NCBI RefSeq assembly: GCF_037042905.1
Contig: NC_087251.1
Location: 3,226,001 to 3,290,000, forward strand
Reading direction: 5' to 3'
Source: Lytechinus pictus
Lineage: Eukaryota
DNA: 64,000 bases
The notes under the pieces were generated by a model that was given only the letters and a program-made list of their open reading frames with translations, was not told the origin of the DNA and did not search any database. The position numbers and the translations under genes were made by a program. This document shows positions 1-12,700 of this stretch, piece by piece (position 1 is the first letter of the stretch; each line of letters begins with the position of its first letter).

Positions 1-1474
1 TAAGTTAATTCACAAAATTTATCCTGCAAAACATATTTTCCATTTTATTTATGTGAAGCAGATGATTTTACCAAGTTGTTGCAAACAGGATAGTAGCATT
101 CAGAGGAGAAGTTGCCAATTATTGATCAACCAATTCATGACCATGAAAAACATTTCCTAATCCTCTTTGTTTGAATACATGCATGGATTATCAGTTTCAC
201 ATAAAACCATTTTCGTTTTCAATGCCAACACAAAAACACTAGCCATACAGCTTTACTAGATTAAGGAACTACTGATCCTCACTTAGAAGTAGGTCATGTG
301 AACAATTTAATATTGATTTATTTTGCTTATGAGCAGTGTGTAGTGCTCTAAATGCTCTTTCAGTTTTACAGGGTGTGGCAAACTTCTTTTTTAATCCTGA
401 GGTTCTCCATTCATAATAAATTACATGTAGTTTCAAATTAAGAAGAGATTAATTGAGGAAAAGAGATTTTTCAAGACACAAGAATAGCTTAAAAACTCTA
501 GACTAAAAGTATGTACATGTATTAAGTTTGATTCAGGTCATTGTTTTTTTGTTTAATGTGTATTCCGGGATTATCCATTCATGTAATGTTGGAAGTATTC
601 TTCCTTTTAGGGAGGGGGGGGGGGTGGAAGTAATTTGTGTAGCAGTGGGTTGCTCTAGACTCAGTTTACAATGTTTGCAAAGTTCAATGGATTTTTGTGA
701 TATTTTATTTATTTTGGTCATTGGGTGCTGAAAGAAATGCTTCTTGAATGCTTCATTTGGTTTATATTTCCAATGAACCTGTTCAAAAGAGAGTATCAGT
801 TATACATGGTTCATATCAAGTGCTGTGATCAAGCTTACCATGATGAAATCCTTCTCTGTGCATTTGCTGGAGTTGTTTAAATGTCATCTGTCAGTCATAC
901 TCAGTGTACATTATACATTGCCCTTTTGCCACAGGAGGTTTGATGATAAGGACTGAGGGGAGCGTGTCATTCATATTTAGGTCTTCAATTGGTTGCTTAT
1001 TGTTGCTAAACATAGTAACAGTTGATTTCTTGATTGCTACATGCATATGAGGAAGAAGAAAAAAAATCAAATATTTAATCACTTGAATTTAATATTTTTG
1101 GGTGTGGGGCTTGAGTTTTTAAAAAAATAATAAAATGAAAATGTCATGAAAACAAAGATATTATTTGATTACATGTATTTATTTCACATTATATGAGGCA
1201 ATTATGTGATGATGGTATATTTTTTAATTAGTGAAAACTGGGAGTACATGAAAAAAAGCAGGTTTTATGTGTCATGAATTCAGTTTATTGAAAATTTGAT
1301 GATTTCTTTTGCAATTGTCGCAAATACCTTCGCGAACACTGTACAAACAATTTTATACATAGCAATAAATGGTATGAAATAGGTTTGTATGGTATTCGTA
1401 AAGGTATTTGTGACGATAGCCAACCATATTCATTTTATTCAGTCTGTTGACAATTTGTAGGATTTTCTACAATT

Positions 1475-1703
1475 GTGTTTTTGGTGACTCGTAGGACTGA
1501 ATTTTATTTCAAGTTAATTATTTGAAAAAGAATTTGGTTTTGAATTACGAAGAAGCTAGAGAAAAGCATATCAGAAAAAAGACTTGCACAGTGTTTTTGG
1601 TGACTCGTAGGACTGAATTTTATTTTAAGTTAATTGTTTGAAAAAGAATTTGGTTTTGAACTATGATGAAGAGAAAAGCATATAAGAAATAAGACTTGCA
1701 CAG
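1475..1703. repeat. Imperfect tandem duplication, about 115-bp unit x2
   Basis: gtgtttttggtgactcgtaggactgaattttattt ... aagacttgcacag occurs twice in tandem. Confidence 0.85.
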
Positions 1704-3183
1704 CAATCAAATATAACATGGATGTAGTACATGTATGGGCCTTTATAAAAAAGTTCTCTTTAAAAAACTTGACAAAAAAAAAAAGGAAGTGGAGCAAAGA
1801 CAATTTGAATCCCAAGGCTTTTAGAAATTTGTGATTTTCTTATTTTTTACTTGATTTGTCCAAACTTTCATTTTACATGGTTCTCTGAGCTCCATGCTAT
1901 GATTTCCATTTCATTAAAAAAAAAAACACTTTGTTTCCATGCTGTTCAGACTGCATTTTCTAAACCCCCATATGGATACTATTTTTTTGTTTTTTTGTTT
2001 CAGGATATTTTTTTTAACTCAACACTATTTGCTTAGCTATGGTTAAGAAGTTTATCATGATTCACTCTGCATGCCATCTGGACTATTGCAAGTTCATGAA
2101 TTCAACGTTTTTACCAAAGTGCGTGCGCCTTCTGACTCAAAACCATGAGAAGTTCTACATGGCAAACCACACAGTGTCCGTTTAACAAACTTTTAACTTT
2201 CAGTTATATTTTCTGTAATTGGCTAGGCTAATGCTTAGCCCTGCTTTTCAAGGTTAGCGCACCACAGTCAGCCTATTAACCCTGGGCTAATAGTGCTGTA
2301 TTGTTTGTGTGCTAGCCCAATTTTGTAAAATGTAGTCTGAAATTGGAATGGGCTAACAAGTGGAGCTAAAACCCTTCAAGCTCCACATATATTTGTAAGA
2401 GAACTGGTAGCTTCTCAATATCTCAAACCTACAGTACATGTACAGAGTAACAGATCAGTCAGTTCAATGTGTACCTTTGTCATTGTTATCATCAATGCTC
2501 TCTTAAAAAAAAGAAGAAGGAAAAAACAACCTTTTTTGCAAGTTCTGCATAGTTGAAGGTGAATTCCAGCCTTTTGTAATATTTTCAAACTAATGGAAGC
2601 GTGAATATTCTTTATGTCTCCATTGATAATCGTTAAATTTAATTCCTCATGCCTAACAAGAAAAAAATCCCTGTAAACTTCATTTTATGGGATTAAAAAA
2701 ATCATTCTGTCTGCCCTGTGTTGCTCAAGAATACATAATACTCTTTTTCCATACCCCTGCATTGCTATCTTGTCTCTGACGTCATACGATTAATCTGTAA
2801 ACAGGTATATTTTATTGATGCTAATGGCAACGTACCAATGGGTAATTGAAGATGCCCACCCAACTTTGCAGTGATTTATTCCAAGAGCCAAACTCTCTTC
2901 CCCCGCACTCCCCCATCTTGTAGTAACACTCAGGTCTGCATGACAGATCAAATAATTTCTTCATTCACTGAGTGATGTGCAATGATTCTCCATTCTTATA
3001 TGAGATCTGCTTTTAGCTAGTGCCTCTAATGAGAAGTGCATTTGATTAAAAGTCACCGGAAATTAGCTGCCAGTAGATCCGAGATAAGTGGTAGGATAGG
3101 GCTTTTAATAATAAATTATGTCTCATTAATCTGTTGATTGGTAGGAGAGATAGGGTGATGACCAATGATTGCATGGTCTGTGT

Positions 3184-3411
3184 CATAGTCATAGTAGTAG
3201 CAGAAGCAGCAGTAGTAGTAACAATGTAGTCATAGTAGTAGTAGAAGTAGCAGTAGTACAATGAAGTAGTAGTAGCAGAAGCAGCAGTAGTAGTAACGAT
3301 GAAGTAGTAGTACAATGTAGTAGTAGTAGTAGCAGAAGCAGCAGTAGTAGTAACGATGAAGTAGTAGTACAATGTAGTAGTAGTAGTAGCAGCAGGAGTA
3401 GTAGTAGTAGC
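3184..3411. repeat. Compound (TAG/CAG)n microsatellite with higher-order duplication
   Basis: agtagtagcagaagcagcagtagtagtaac repeated. Confidence 0.95.
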
Positions 3412-3416
3412 ATGTG

Positions 3417-6400
3417 CATTGTGCTTTAATCAAACCAGATCGAAATTGATCTGAAAGGAAAATCATGACGCGATCAACGTAAAATAAATCTTGCTTTCAT
3501 TAACAATATTTCTTATTATGGCCATAGAACAATAATTTGCAAATAATAGTTATTAATATGAATTTAGAGCTTGATGTGAAACATTTGTATTTCGTTTCCA
3601 TTTTTAATGATGGACATCACAAATTCCTTAATAACAAGTGATGGATGCACTTGTCTATAAAAATTATATCATGTCAGGATTGATTTTCAAACATCGTTGT
3701 TGCAGAAACTCTTCTCACGATTGTAATATCAATAATGCTGCCACCAAACGGATATCCGAACGGTTTCCGCCCGCGTGGACGGATAGCGGTTTTCATTTTT
3801 CGGGTTCAGGTATCCGTGGATACTGATTCACCACTTTCCTGTCACAAAAACTCATTAAATTTAGTAAGACTCACCAACAAAATTTATAAGTTTTAGTCGC
3901 CAATATAATCACCAATATCAATTAATTTTCTTTGGTAAAGTATTCCCGCCGAAAACCATCGTTTTTATATCAGTTTTGAAACATGACCTTATATCAGTTT
4001 TGGAGCATGACCGTCCGTGAACGGAGTTAAGTTCTGACAACAATGGCGATTTTACTGTGGTGTCGCTTCAGATCGTTTTCTTTCCCGTCTTATGTTTTGA
4101 TGATTTCAAATGCATAACTCATTGTATATTCAACTTTAAACGATAGTTGTTAGAATGAAGGGATTAAATCATTAAAGTAGATTAAACATTTAAACAGCGT
4201 TATTTTAAAGTTAAAAGTGTGGAGGAAAACTTGAGAACGTATTTCCCTCCTATCAAAATATCCTTGACTGGCAAGAAGTTGACCTAGAAATAAATTTAAA
4301 AATGCCTGTTAATCGAGGCATCTGTTCAGCTCACCAACTCAATTTCATTTCGACTTCTGTTTTAATGTGTACTGTCAATTATTATGATACTGATTTACTG
4401 GTGATTATGATAATGGCGGACTTTGTGATAAATGATAATGAGAGAAAAACTGAAATGAATGACGATGATGATGAGTGATGGCTAGTGAAAATGATTTTAA
4501 ATGATTATCAAGATTGGTGAAGATGATAGCGATGAATGATGATGAGAATTATGAAAGAATGATAATTGTCATTTGAAAATCTCTTTCATGAATTAATATT
4601 TAATATGTAAATTACAAAACACACATTTTCCTTTATTTCAGTTTAAATGGCATATCCGCTATAAATTTTGATATCCATCATCACGTAAACAACAATACTT
4701 AAAAGGTGGTATTGCGCCAGAAAGGTTTATGATGTGCGCCCGCCGAGTATGTGGTCGGTTGTGAATCTACGTGTTTTGCAGTAAAACTTACTGGTGATGA
4801 ATGAAAGTGATTAGTTACTGTTACTGTGATTAAATCTTGTCTTGAATCTTTGTTAGAAGTGTGATTATGTTTCAGAAGTTGAGAAATGAGAAGCTTGGCT
4901 ATAATTTGGGGAATGGGGAGAAACCTGGCATGAAAATGAAAATTGTCCAAGTAAGATCCCATTTGAAGGTGTAGCGAGTGTAATGTGACCAAATATATAA
5001 CGGACGATTCACTCCAGACACGTCCAGACAGGACAGCACGTGCGTGAGCTGAATGATATAGGCCTGTCTGGTTTTAGACTTTTAGTAATAGTAGACTCGC
5101 ACTTACACTCGCCTCGGTCAAATTCATTGCATCTTATTTCTTTCGATCGGAACTAAAAAATAAACACACATACTCTCGCAACCATTAAATGGGATCGTAA
5201 CTAGGCCCGACTTGTATAACTCAAATAATAGTCATTTACTAATAGCTTACACAGTCATACGATCTACATTTGTAGCCTCACGCTAACTCACATTAGTCAA
5301 ATCCGATTGCAAAACAGATTCAACCCAAAATATTCAGCTTCTCGTAATTTCGTGGTTTTCAGAAATATTTTAATTAGCGCACGCTGACTCTCGCCATCAT
5401 CGGATAGGTTCAAAACTCAAATATAACTGAAAATCTTAGATATAACTCAAATAAGTGCAAATGGATATTATTTTTTATATTTCAGGGTAAAATTTCGGAT
5501 ACCCGTCTGCCGTCCAGTTTTCAGTGTCGGGTATCCGAATATTGAAATATTCGTTTCAAGTCAGGCCTAAATATCACCATAGAATATAAGTTCACATGAC
5601 AAAGCAGAGAAAATTTTGTTTGATATTTATTCCCATCAATTTGAAGCTTGTTTGTGCCCAACTCCGCATTAGAATTCATAAATAAAAATTATGTCATCAA
5701 TCGTGCATGCGCAATGTGCTTCTTTATCTCGGAGCGATATTCCAACATAACTTTGCTGACATTACCAATATTTTTAGTATGGTCATATAATGTTATTAAA
5801 TCGTAATAATTTATCAATGATTTAATCCAATGATCATTCATATAAATTTATAGCTCTATTTGAGACATTCGTATTTATTTCAATCAAGTCAGTGCCCTGC
5901 AACTCTCCTGTGTCTAAAAATGGATTATCCATCATATCATCAGGATTAATTCTAGAACGTCGTCATATTAATTCCACAAACTTTTCTCACAATCTTTATA
6001 TCAGCATAGAATACCAATTCAAATGACCATTCTGAGAAAATTACGTATGATATTTACTACCATCAATTTGGAGATCAATTTGGATCCAACTACATGACAG
6101 GCAAGGTGGTCTCCGCTAGTATAGCACTTGATGGGCAGCAAGCACGCCTGTCATTTCAGGAGAGTGAGTGTAGTAAGGGGCTGTAGTGTGTGCGAGTCTG
6201 GACTGTGACTGAGTTGACCGAGAATCGTTTGGATCGACTCTGCGTGATTCTGTCTTCCATATTATTTTATTTCAAAGGTATATGTTGTCATCTACAAATA
6301 TTGTTTTAGATATTTTTGGTAGAATTCTGCTTGGATACCTTTTGTTTTTTTTTTAGTTGTTTTGTGATCATGGAAAATACAGACGATCTTTATTGCTCTG

Positions 6401-6574
6401 CATCCGGCCTCTTGTGCAACGCTTACCCTGGCCCCAAGCGCATTTTGGCGCAGTCATGACAAAGCAAAAAAAATTTGCTTGATATTCAGGCCAAGTTTTC
6501 CCGCCTTTTAATTTTGATGCATGGATGTTCGATCGAATTAAACCTGCTTACAAAATCGATATGACTTAGGCCCA
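3417..6574 (+). mobile_element. 5'-truncated, diverged copy of the hAT-like element at 50271-52086, interrupted by a nested insertion
   Basis: tgacgcgatcaacgtaaaataaatcttgctttca and downstream blocks are colinear with 50620-52086; right end is gatatgacttaggccca. Confidence 0.8.
3733..5569. mobile_element. Nested hAT-like non-autonomous element (about 1.84 kb)
   Basis: Ends taatgctg... / ...caggccta, subterminal cggata/tatccg motifs at both ends, 8-bp TSD aatatcaa/aatatcac that splits the host element. Confidence 0.7.
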
Positions 6575-6695
6575 ATGCAAGTTATCATATTACGTAACAA
6601 AGTCTGGCTCTCAGTGTTTTTCAACGTGTACACATGCATCAAAAATGGACTTTCAAAACAGGCCTAATGTTGATCTTCATCTATTTCTTTTGCAG

Positions 6696-6798
6696 GGAGG
6701 AAACAATGCTGGTCACACTGTTGTTGTAGGTGACAAGGAATATGACTTTCATCTTTTACCAAGTGGTATTATCCATCCATTCTGTACATCAGTCATAG
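6696..6798 (+). CDS. ADSS: ADSS exon ([35 protein letters not shown])
   Basis: ttgcag| ... |gtatgt, 103 nt. Confidence 0.95.
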
Positions 6799-9700
6799 GT
6801 ATGTGACAAAATTGGGATTTCTTTGTTCCGGGCTCTGTAAACAGAATACAGATTTAGTTTTTAAAATTGATTGTAACTTTTTGCATGTAATTTTCATTAG
6901 ACTCTATTCAGCTATTGGCATGAAATTTCAAGTAATTCATGAAAAAATTTATAACGGAAAACTACTTCATAGTAATATTTATTAATTAATAGAGATCATA
7001 ATTTGTTGTAGGATTATGTACTACCATCTTCATGAAGAAATTTTGAAGATATAAAGATGGTAGATGATATGCTTAAAGATAGAATTTGTTGATCTTTTGA
7101 TAGTAAGCATCTAGGGTATGTATTTCTCCAATGTCTCATCCACATCCCTGTCCATCACCCCCCCCCCCCTGCTGTACCTCTTCCCACTTCCCCCTTGTCT
7201 TTGACTAATATCTGCTTTACAATGTCATCTTGTAGGTAATGGCTTAGTGGTTCACTTACCAGGGCTTTTTGAAGAGGCTGAGAAGGCTAAACTAAAAGGA
7301 CTAAACGGCTGGAATGAGAGACTACGGATCTCGGATAGAGCGCATTTAGGTGAGTAGATACAAACTAGATGATACATAAAAATCAACAAAATGTATCCTT
7401 GAACATTAAGGCAAACATTTTCTTTGGGAAATATCTGGTAATTCAATTTTTGTTTTGTTTTTGTGCATTTATATTATTCATGGACTCCTTGAATATTAGT
7501 TGATTTATCTTTGGAACACCAAGTCCATATTGATGTAACAGTACCAGCAATTTATGAATACAAATAAAATCACACAATAGCACACCACAAACCAAATGAC
7601 ATTCGCATTTTGTCCTCACTTCATCAAAATGGATTTTCTATTTTATTTTTTTAGTTTTTGATCTTCATCAGCAAGTCGATGGCTTACAAGAATTGGAAAA
7701 GTCCAAGAACAAGACAAGGTAAGGCCCTTAAGATCAAAATTGTACAGAAGTATGATATATCACAACTATATAGTCATCTCTATTAAAGATATTAACAGTT
7801 TCAGATAGCCTGAATGTCTCTGATTGCAGCGATTACAAATTACAAGTACAAATCTAAGAGGTTGTCGGCCCAGTGCAGGGATTTTTATTATACACCTGTC
7901 CTAGGACAGGACGTATTATGGTATCACGCTCGGTGTCTGTCCGTCCGTTAACTTTGATAACATTGTTGATTTAAAGATAATCTATTTGAAGTTAAAGAAG
8001 TAGACTTTCAAATAAATTGGATTGGAATGTATGAGTGAAGAACAAAACAAAGCATTTTAATCATGTATAATACTCACCACCCAGCTTTCCACATTTACCA
8101 CAGTCATGCATACTGGTACTGGATTGCTCCTGTAAGCTCACAGGTTGTTTCTTTGTGTGAATAATATATCAGATCACCCATTCTTATATATTTTACACAT
8201 TGTTCATGTATGTACACTACATGTACATGCCTGAACATGTTCTATTTTACATGTAGATTTCATTATTTGTCTATAAATTATTAATAAAGTTTATTTATGG
8301 TACACAGAGTGATTTTAGCAATGTCTTTGATAATAATATTGATATAGGCCTACATTTAAATTCAAGTGTGTAATTTTCCAGAGTTGTAAACAGATGTTCG
8401 TCATATACATTTCCGCACATTGTACTTTGCAATACAGGTATAGAATAGCATATTAAAGAAAAATATATGTAAATACTTAAATGTACAAATCCATATCTAT
8501 TTTATAAGTTGCAAGATAAGATAAGACTTGATCATGATAAAAGTTTTTAATGGCACAGAGATAAAAGATTATTCTGAAAAGATAAAAGAAAGGTATACTA
8601 TATAAGTTATTATTTTGCGGGGGTTTTCTTTTCGTGGATATCGCAAATTATGATATAATGATAATGGTATATTTACCCAGGGTAGCCACTTCAGTTCTTT
8701 TCGTGGATATCGCAAATTATGATATAATGATAATGGTATATTTACCCAGGGTAGCCACTTCAGTTCTGAAAACTGTTCTCCCAGCAGGCCGTGCTATTAT
8801 TACCTGGCTAAGCTAGGCTACCGATTCAGGTGCACACAGCTTTTTGCAGAATTGCCGATCGGCCGTTAAATTAACAACGCACAAAAAACTTGACACATTA
8901 ATCAGTGCCAATGTCCCCAACAGCAAAGCTTTGCTATTGCAAACATCCTGTGTGGTGAAAACATTGAGATATGCGCCTATATATGAAGAGCTCAGTTGCA
9001 AAAGGGGTTAGGTCCATTTTTCATCAAATTTGATTTTTTTTTGTCTCAATGTATAGATTTTTAGTAGCTCTATAAGATGATACCAAAGAAAAGTTGAAAT
9101 TCCCATTAAAAAGTGAACAAAAATGGCAAAGAAAAATCACTTTTTTTTTCATAAGGGGTTAGGTCCACATAGAAATTTTGTGGAAAAGAATAATAAAAAA
9201 AATATGAAGACAGCTAGATTTTTTTTATATCAAATTTTATGTTCAGATGGTAGGGTACCATTAAAAGTTAGTTTCGCAAATAAATATTGCAATATGGCAG
9301 TAAAAAAAATGATTTTCTTGGAGTGGACCTAACCCCTTTTGCAACCAAACTCTTCCGAAGAGCTCATTTGTCAAAAGGGGTTAGGTCCATTTTTCATAAA
9401 TTTTATTGTTTTCTGTCTCAAAACTTTTAGATTTTTAGTCGCTCTGATGATACCAAAGAAAATTTGAAATTCACATTAAAACGTGAATAAAAGTGGCAAA
9501 GAAAAATTCCTTTTTTTATTCAAAAGAGATTGGATTCATTTCAGCTTGCTAGCAAAAGAGGTTAGGTCGATCCACAATGATAATTTTTAAAAAATATATG
9601 GAAAAAAATTGAAGACAGGTAGATTTCTTTTATACCCAATTTTATGTTCGCATGATAGGGTAGTACATCATGACAATTTAGTTTCTCAAAAGAATATTGC

Positions 9701-12700
9701 AATAAGTGAGAATAAAAAAAATGTGATTTTTCATGGAAATGTCCAAAGTGGACCTAACCCCTTTTGCAACCAAACTCTTCCTATGTACAAGACATAAGGT
9801 TGAAAAACTACAGTTAGTAAATCAAAAAGTAAGCTAGAATTTCTCAAACAAAATCAGAGCCTAAATTATCTCCTAATATATGTTTATCAATATTTATTCA
9901 CTCACTGTAGTATTGCAATGTATTTTCCATAAATAATTTGGTTTTATTGTCATCTGATTGACTCTATACACAGGTATATTGGCAGCTATTTGCATACTCA
10001 TTAATATTCATACGTCACATGACCAGAGGTTTTAGAGCTGTAAGATTCTGTTCACAAAATTCAAAATTTTTACACTTAAACCAGCTTTTCCAAAAATAAA
10101 TCTAATTAACACAACTTCCAAAGATTACTTTTACAGATCAAACTGACATGATGAACTTTCAGATTTAAAGGTACAGAAAAGTGAAATTTAAGCCATTTTT
10201 AACATTTTGTAACTGCTTTTTATAGGAACATATTTATGTACAAAAGACACGTCAGCATTGGGGACTGAGAGGAACATATTTTTTGCACATGTTTTGCACT
10301 ATTTTTGATTCTCTGAAATGCTGTGGAAGTGTTTGGTACATCTTCCGATCACAAATTCAACAACCCACGAAAATGTTGGGACCCCAGTTCAGTGATTCGC
10401 GAAAAATTCTGTACGTGAAAATAATAGCTTACACAGTATTCACAGTGAAAAGATGAGAATCTAAGGTGATAATTAATTCAATGATCAAAGAATGAGAAAA
10501 AAAATCATTTAGTTTGATAAACAACATCTGGCTTGTACATGAAATGTTTTAGATTTGTCCATTGCAGGTTTTTTCTAAAAAAAACCCACAACAGATCCCT
10601 GATCAAATTAAAGATGATATGTTTATTTAAAAGGTTTAGGATCTTATGATACACATGTATGTTGTTAAAAAGTGATCAGGCATTGTCCTCCAGCAAGCGA
10701 ACAGTTACAAGCCTCAATATAGAAAATAGATTACCCAAGGAACATTTGCAAGTACATGTACACAGATAGTTTTATGCCAATTCATTTGTGAAGGCTGTCT
10801 TGTTGTGTGCACGTGTGGAAACAACAAATATTGTAGTGGGGCAGGTGAGATGAAAACATCAAGTTTCTCAGGAAAGGTCACTCTCTTCATAGAGCTCATT
10901 TACTCAATCAATCAGGGTGTGTACAAATACATAGTGAAGTTGATATCCTGTATTAATATCATCACAAGTGTTGTATTAACTACACACCAATGGCTTGCAG
11001 TCTCTAGTATTAAAGGGAAAATCTGTGAAAAGGATTTTCTTTCATTTAATTTTTAATCTAAAATAAAGTAGACCAAATAAAGAAGTCATGACAGTTTAAA
11101 TAGATCAATATTCCTTGAAAAAATATAGTGTTCAACTTGCTCTTGCATTTACAATGTATATACCCTAGAACAATAATGCAAGACCAATCTCTGATGCTAT
11201 GAATACACGATCCCATTCACCCATTTCTGTTTCAAAATCTTATTGGTCAAAAGCAATTAAGAGAGTTTAAATGTGCTTTGCATATGATTTTATTATATCA
11301 TAATTTACAATTTATTTTGAAATGTTTGCAATTATAGAATGAACATGACTGAAGAATGGTTAGACCAAATTATTCACATAAAGATCCTGTAGTCGCACTG
11401 CTCACCACTGTTTTTCATGCTTGCGTGACTTCAATTGATTATTGATTTATGAATAGGAATATGACGTCAGGCAGTTATTGAGATCTCCATTATGGAATCT
11501 GCCTTGACAGTAATTAAAGTGATAAACATACGTAATCTATTAAAGCACCAGGACCAGACACAGCTTCTGCTAAAAATAAAGAGCCAGGAGTATATTAATA
11601 CCTTTGTTCAAAGATGGTATCAGAGGAAGAGAAAGAAAGTGATAAAGTTGTATTAAAGGATAGTATTAAAACTCGGAAAGTAGATAGAAAAAGAGAGAGG
11701 GGAAGAAAAGCTAAAATTTTCATTATAAAAAAAAACTGAAGACTATATTTCAGTCTTTTTCTTGGTAAATCTTATCTGAAAAGTGCTACAGTAATATCAG
11801 TAGATGTATGACACAATCAACTATTTCATTATTTTGGGAAATGATAAAAAAAAAATTATTTGTTCAGTGAACCTTCTATAATCATATAAGGGCCGTCTGC
11901 ACCATCCCGAGTTTTCAAATTAGCGCGCTATTTCTGATCCGGCAAATTATCCCGATCTGAAAAATCTCGAGATAGTTGGCGGTGGAGACGCAATTATCGC
12001 GCTAGTTTGTAGGATTAATCTCGAGATTGCAATCCCAAGTCAACTCGGGTTTATTTGCAAAATAGCGCGCTATTTTACGAATTATCCCGCTAATTCGTTG
12101 GTGCAGACGCACTCGAGATTGGACTCGGGGTAATTTATTCATGACGTCAGTCCATAATGCAATTCGCGTTCCACTTCCGCCTTGGTCAAAACATAAACAC
12201 GTGCGAAAGTCAACTTTATACATGCGAATAGCGTTCATCAATTGCCTAATAAGCAACGATGGTGTCCCACCAGTGAATGGATTTTGGGAGAGACGAGACC
12301 GAAGGGGGAGGCGCTCATCGACGATGGTCATATTCAATAACAACACTGACAGCAGTGTTGTCTTATTCCTTCGCAAAATGTGAACAAATAGCATTTCTTT
12401 CCTCCTTCTCTCCCTCTCTCTCTCTCTCTCTGTCGTTGCCTCCTACTCCGCCATCATATTTAACGAAGAATACATCACTTCTTCACTCGCTGAGCTGAGA
12501 GGATTGTTGCATAACACCGGTCGAATTCGGCGAAAGTGCTAGTGAAAGGAGTACATTGCTTGCATATCGCGGGAAGTTATTCAAAAGCGCGGGCCATTGA
12601 AACTCCAAGATCCGAAAGTGCGCATGCTCTGAATATCGGGTTTGTTGCCTCGCTCGAGCAGGAATCGCTGTCTTGCGATGGTGCAGACGGGGTTTCTTGA

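Larger units (their letters stand above)
8598..10436. mobile_element. TA-flanked Tc1/mariner-type MITE split by nested insertions
   Basis: Inverted ends ta|ctatataagttattattttgcg and cgtgaaaataatagcttacacag|ta. Confidence 0.55.

Noticed and set aside
3046..3466. Overlapping Thr/Tyr/Leu-rich ORFs
   Set aside because: Artefacts of the (TAG)n microsatellite.
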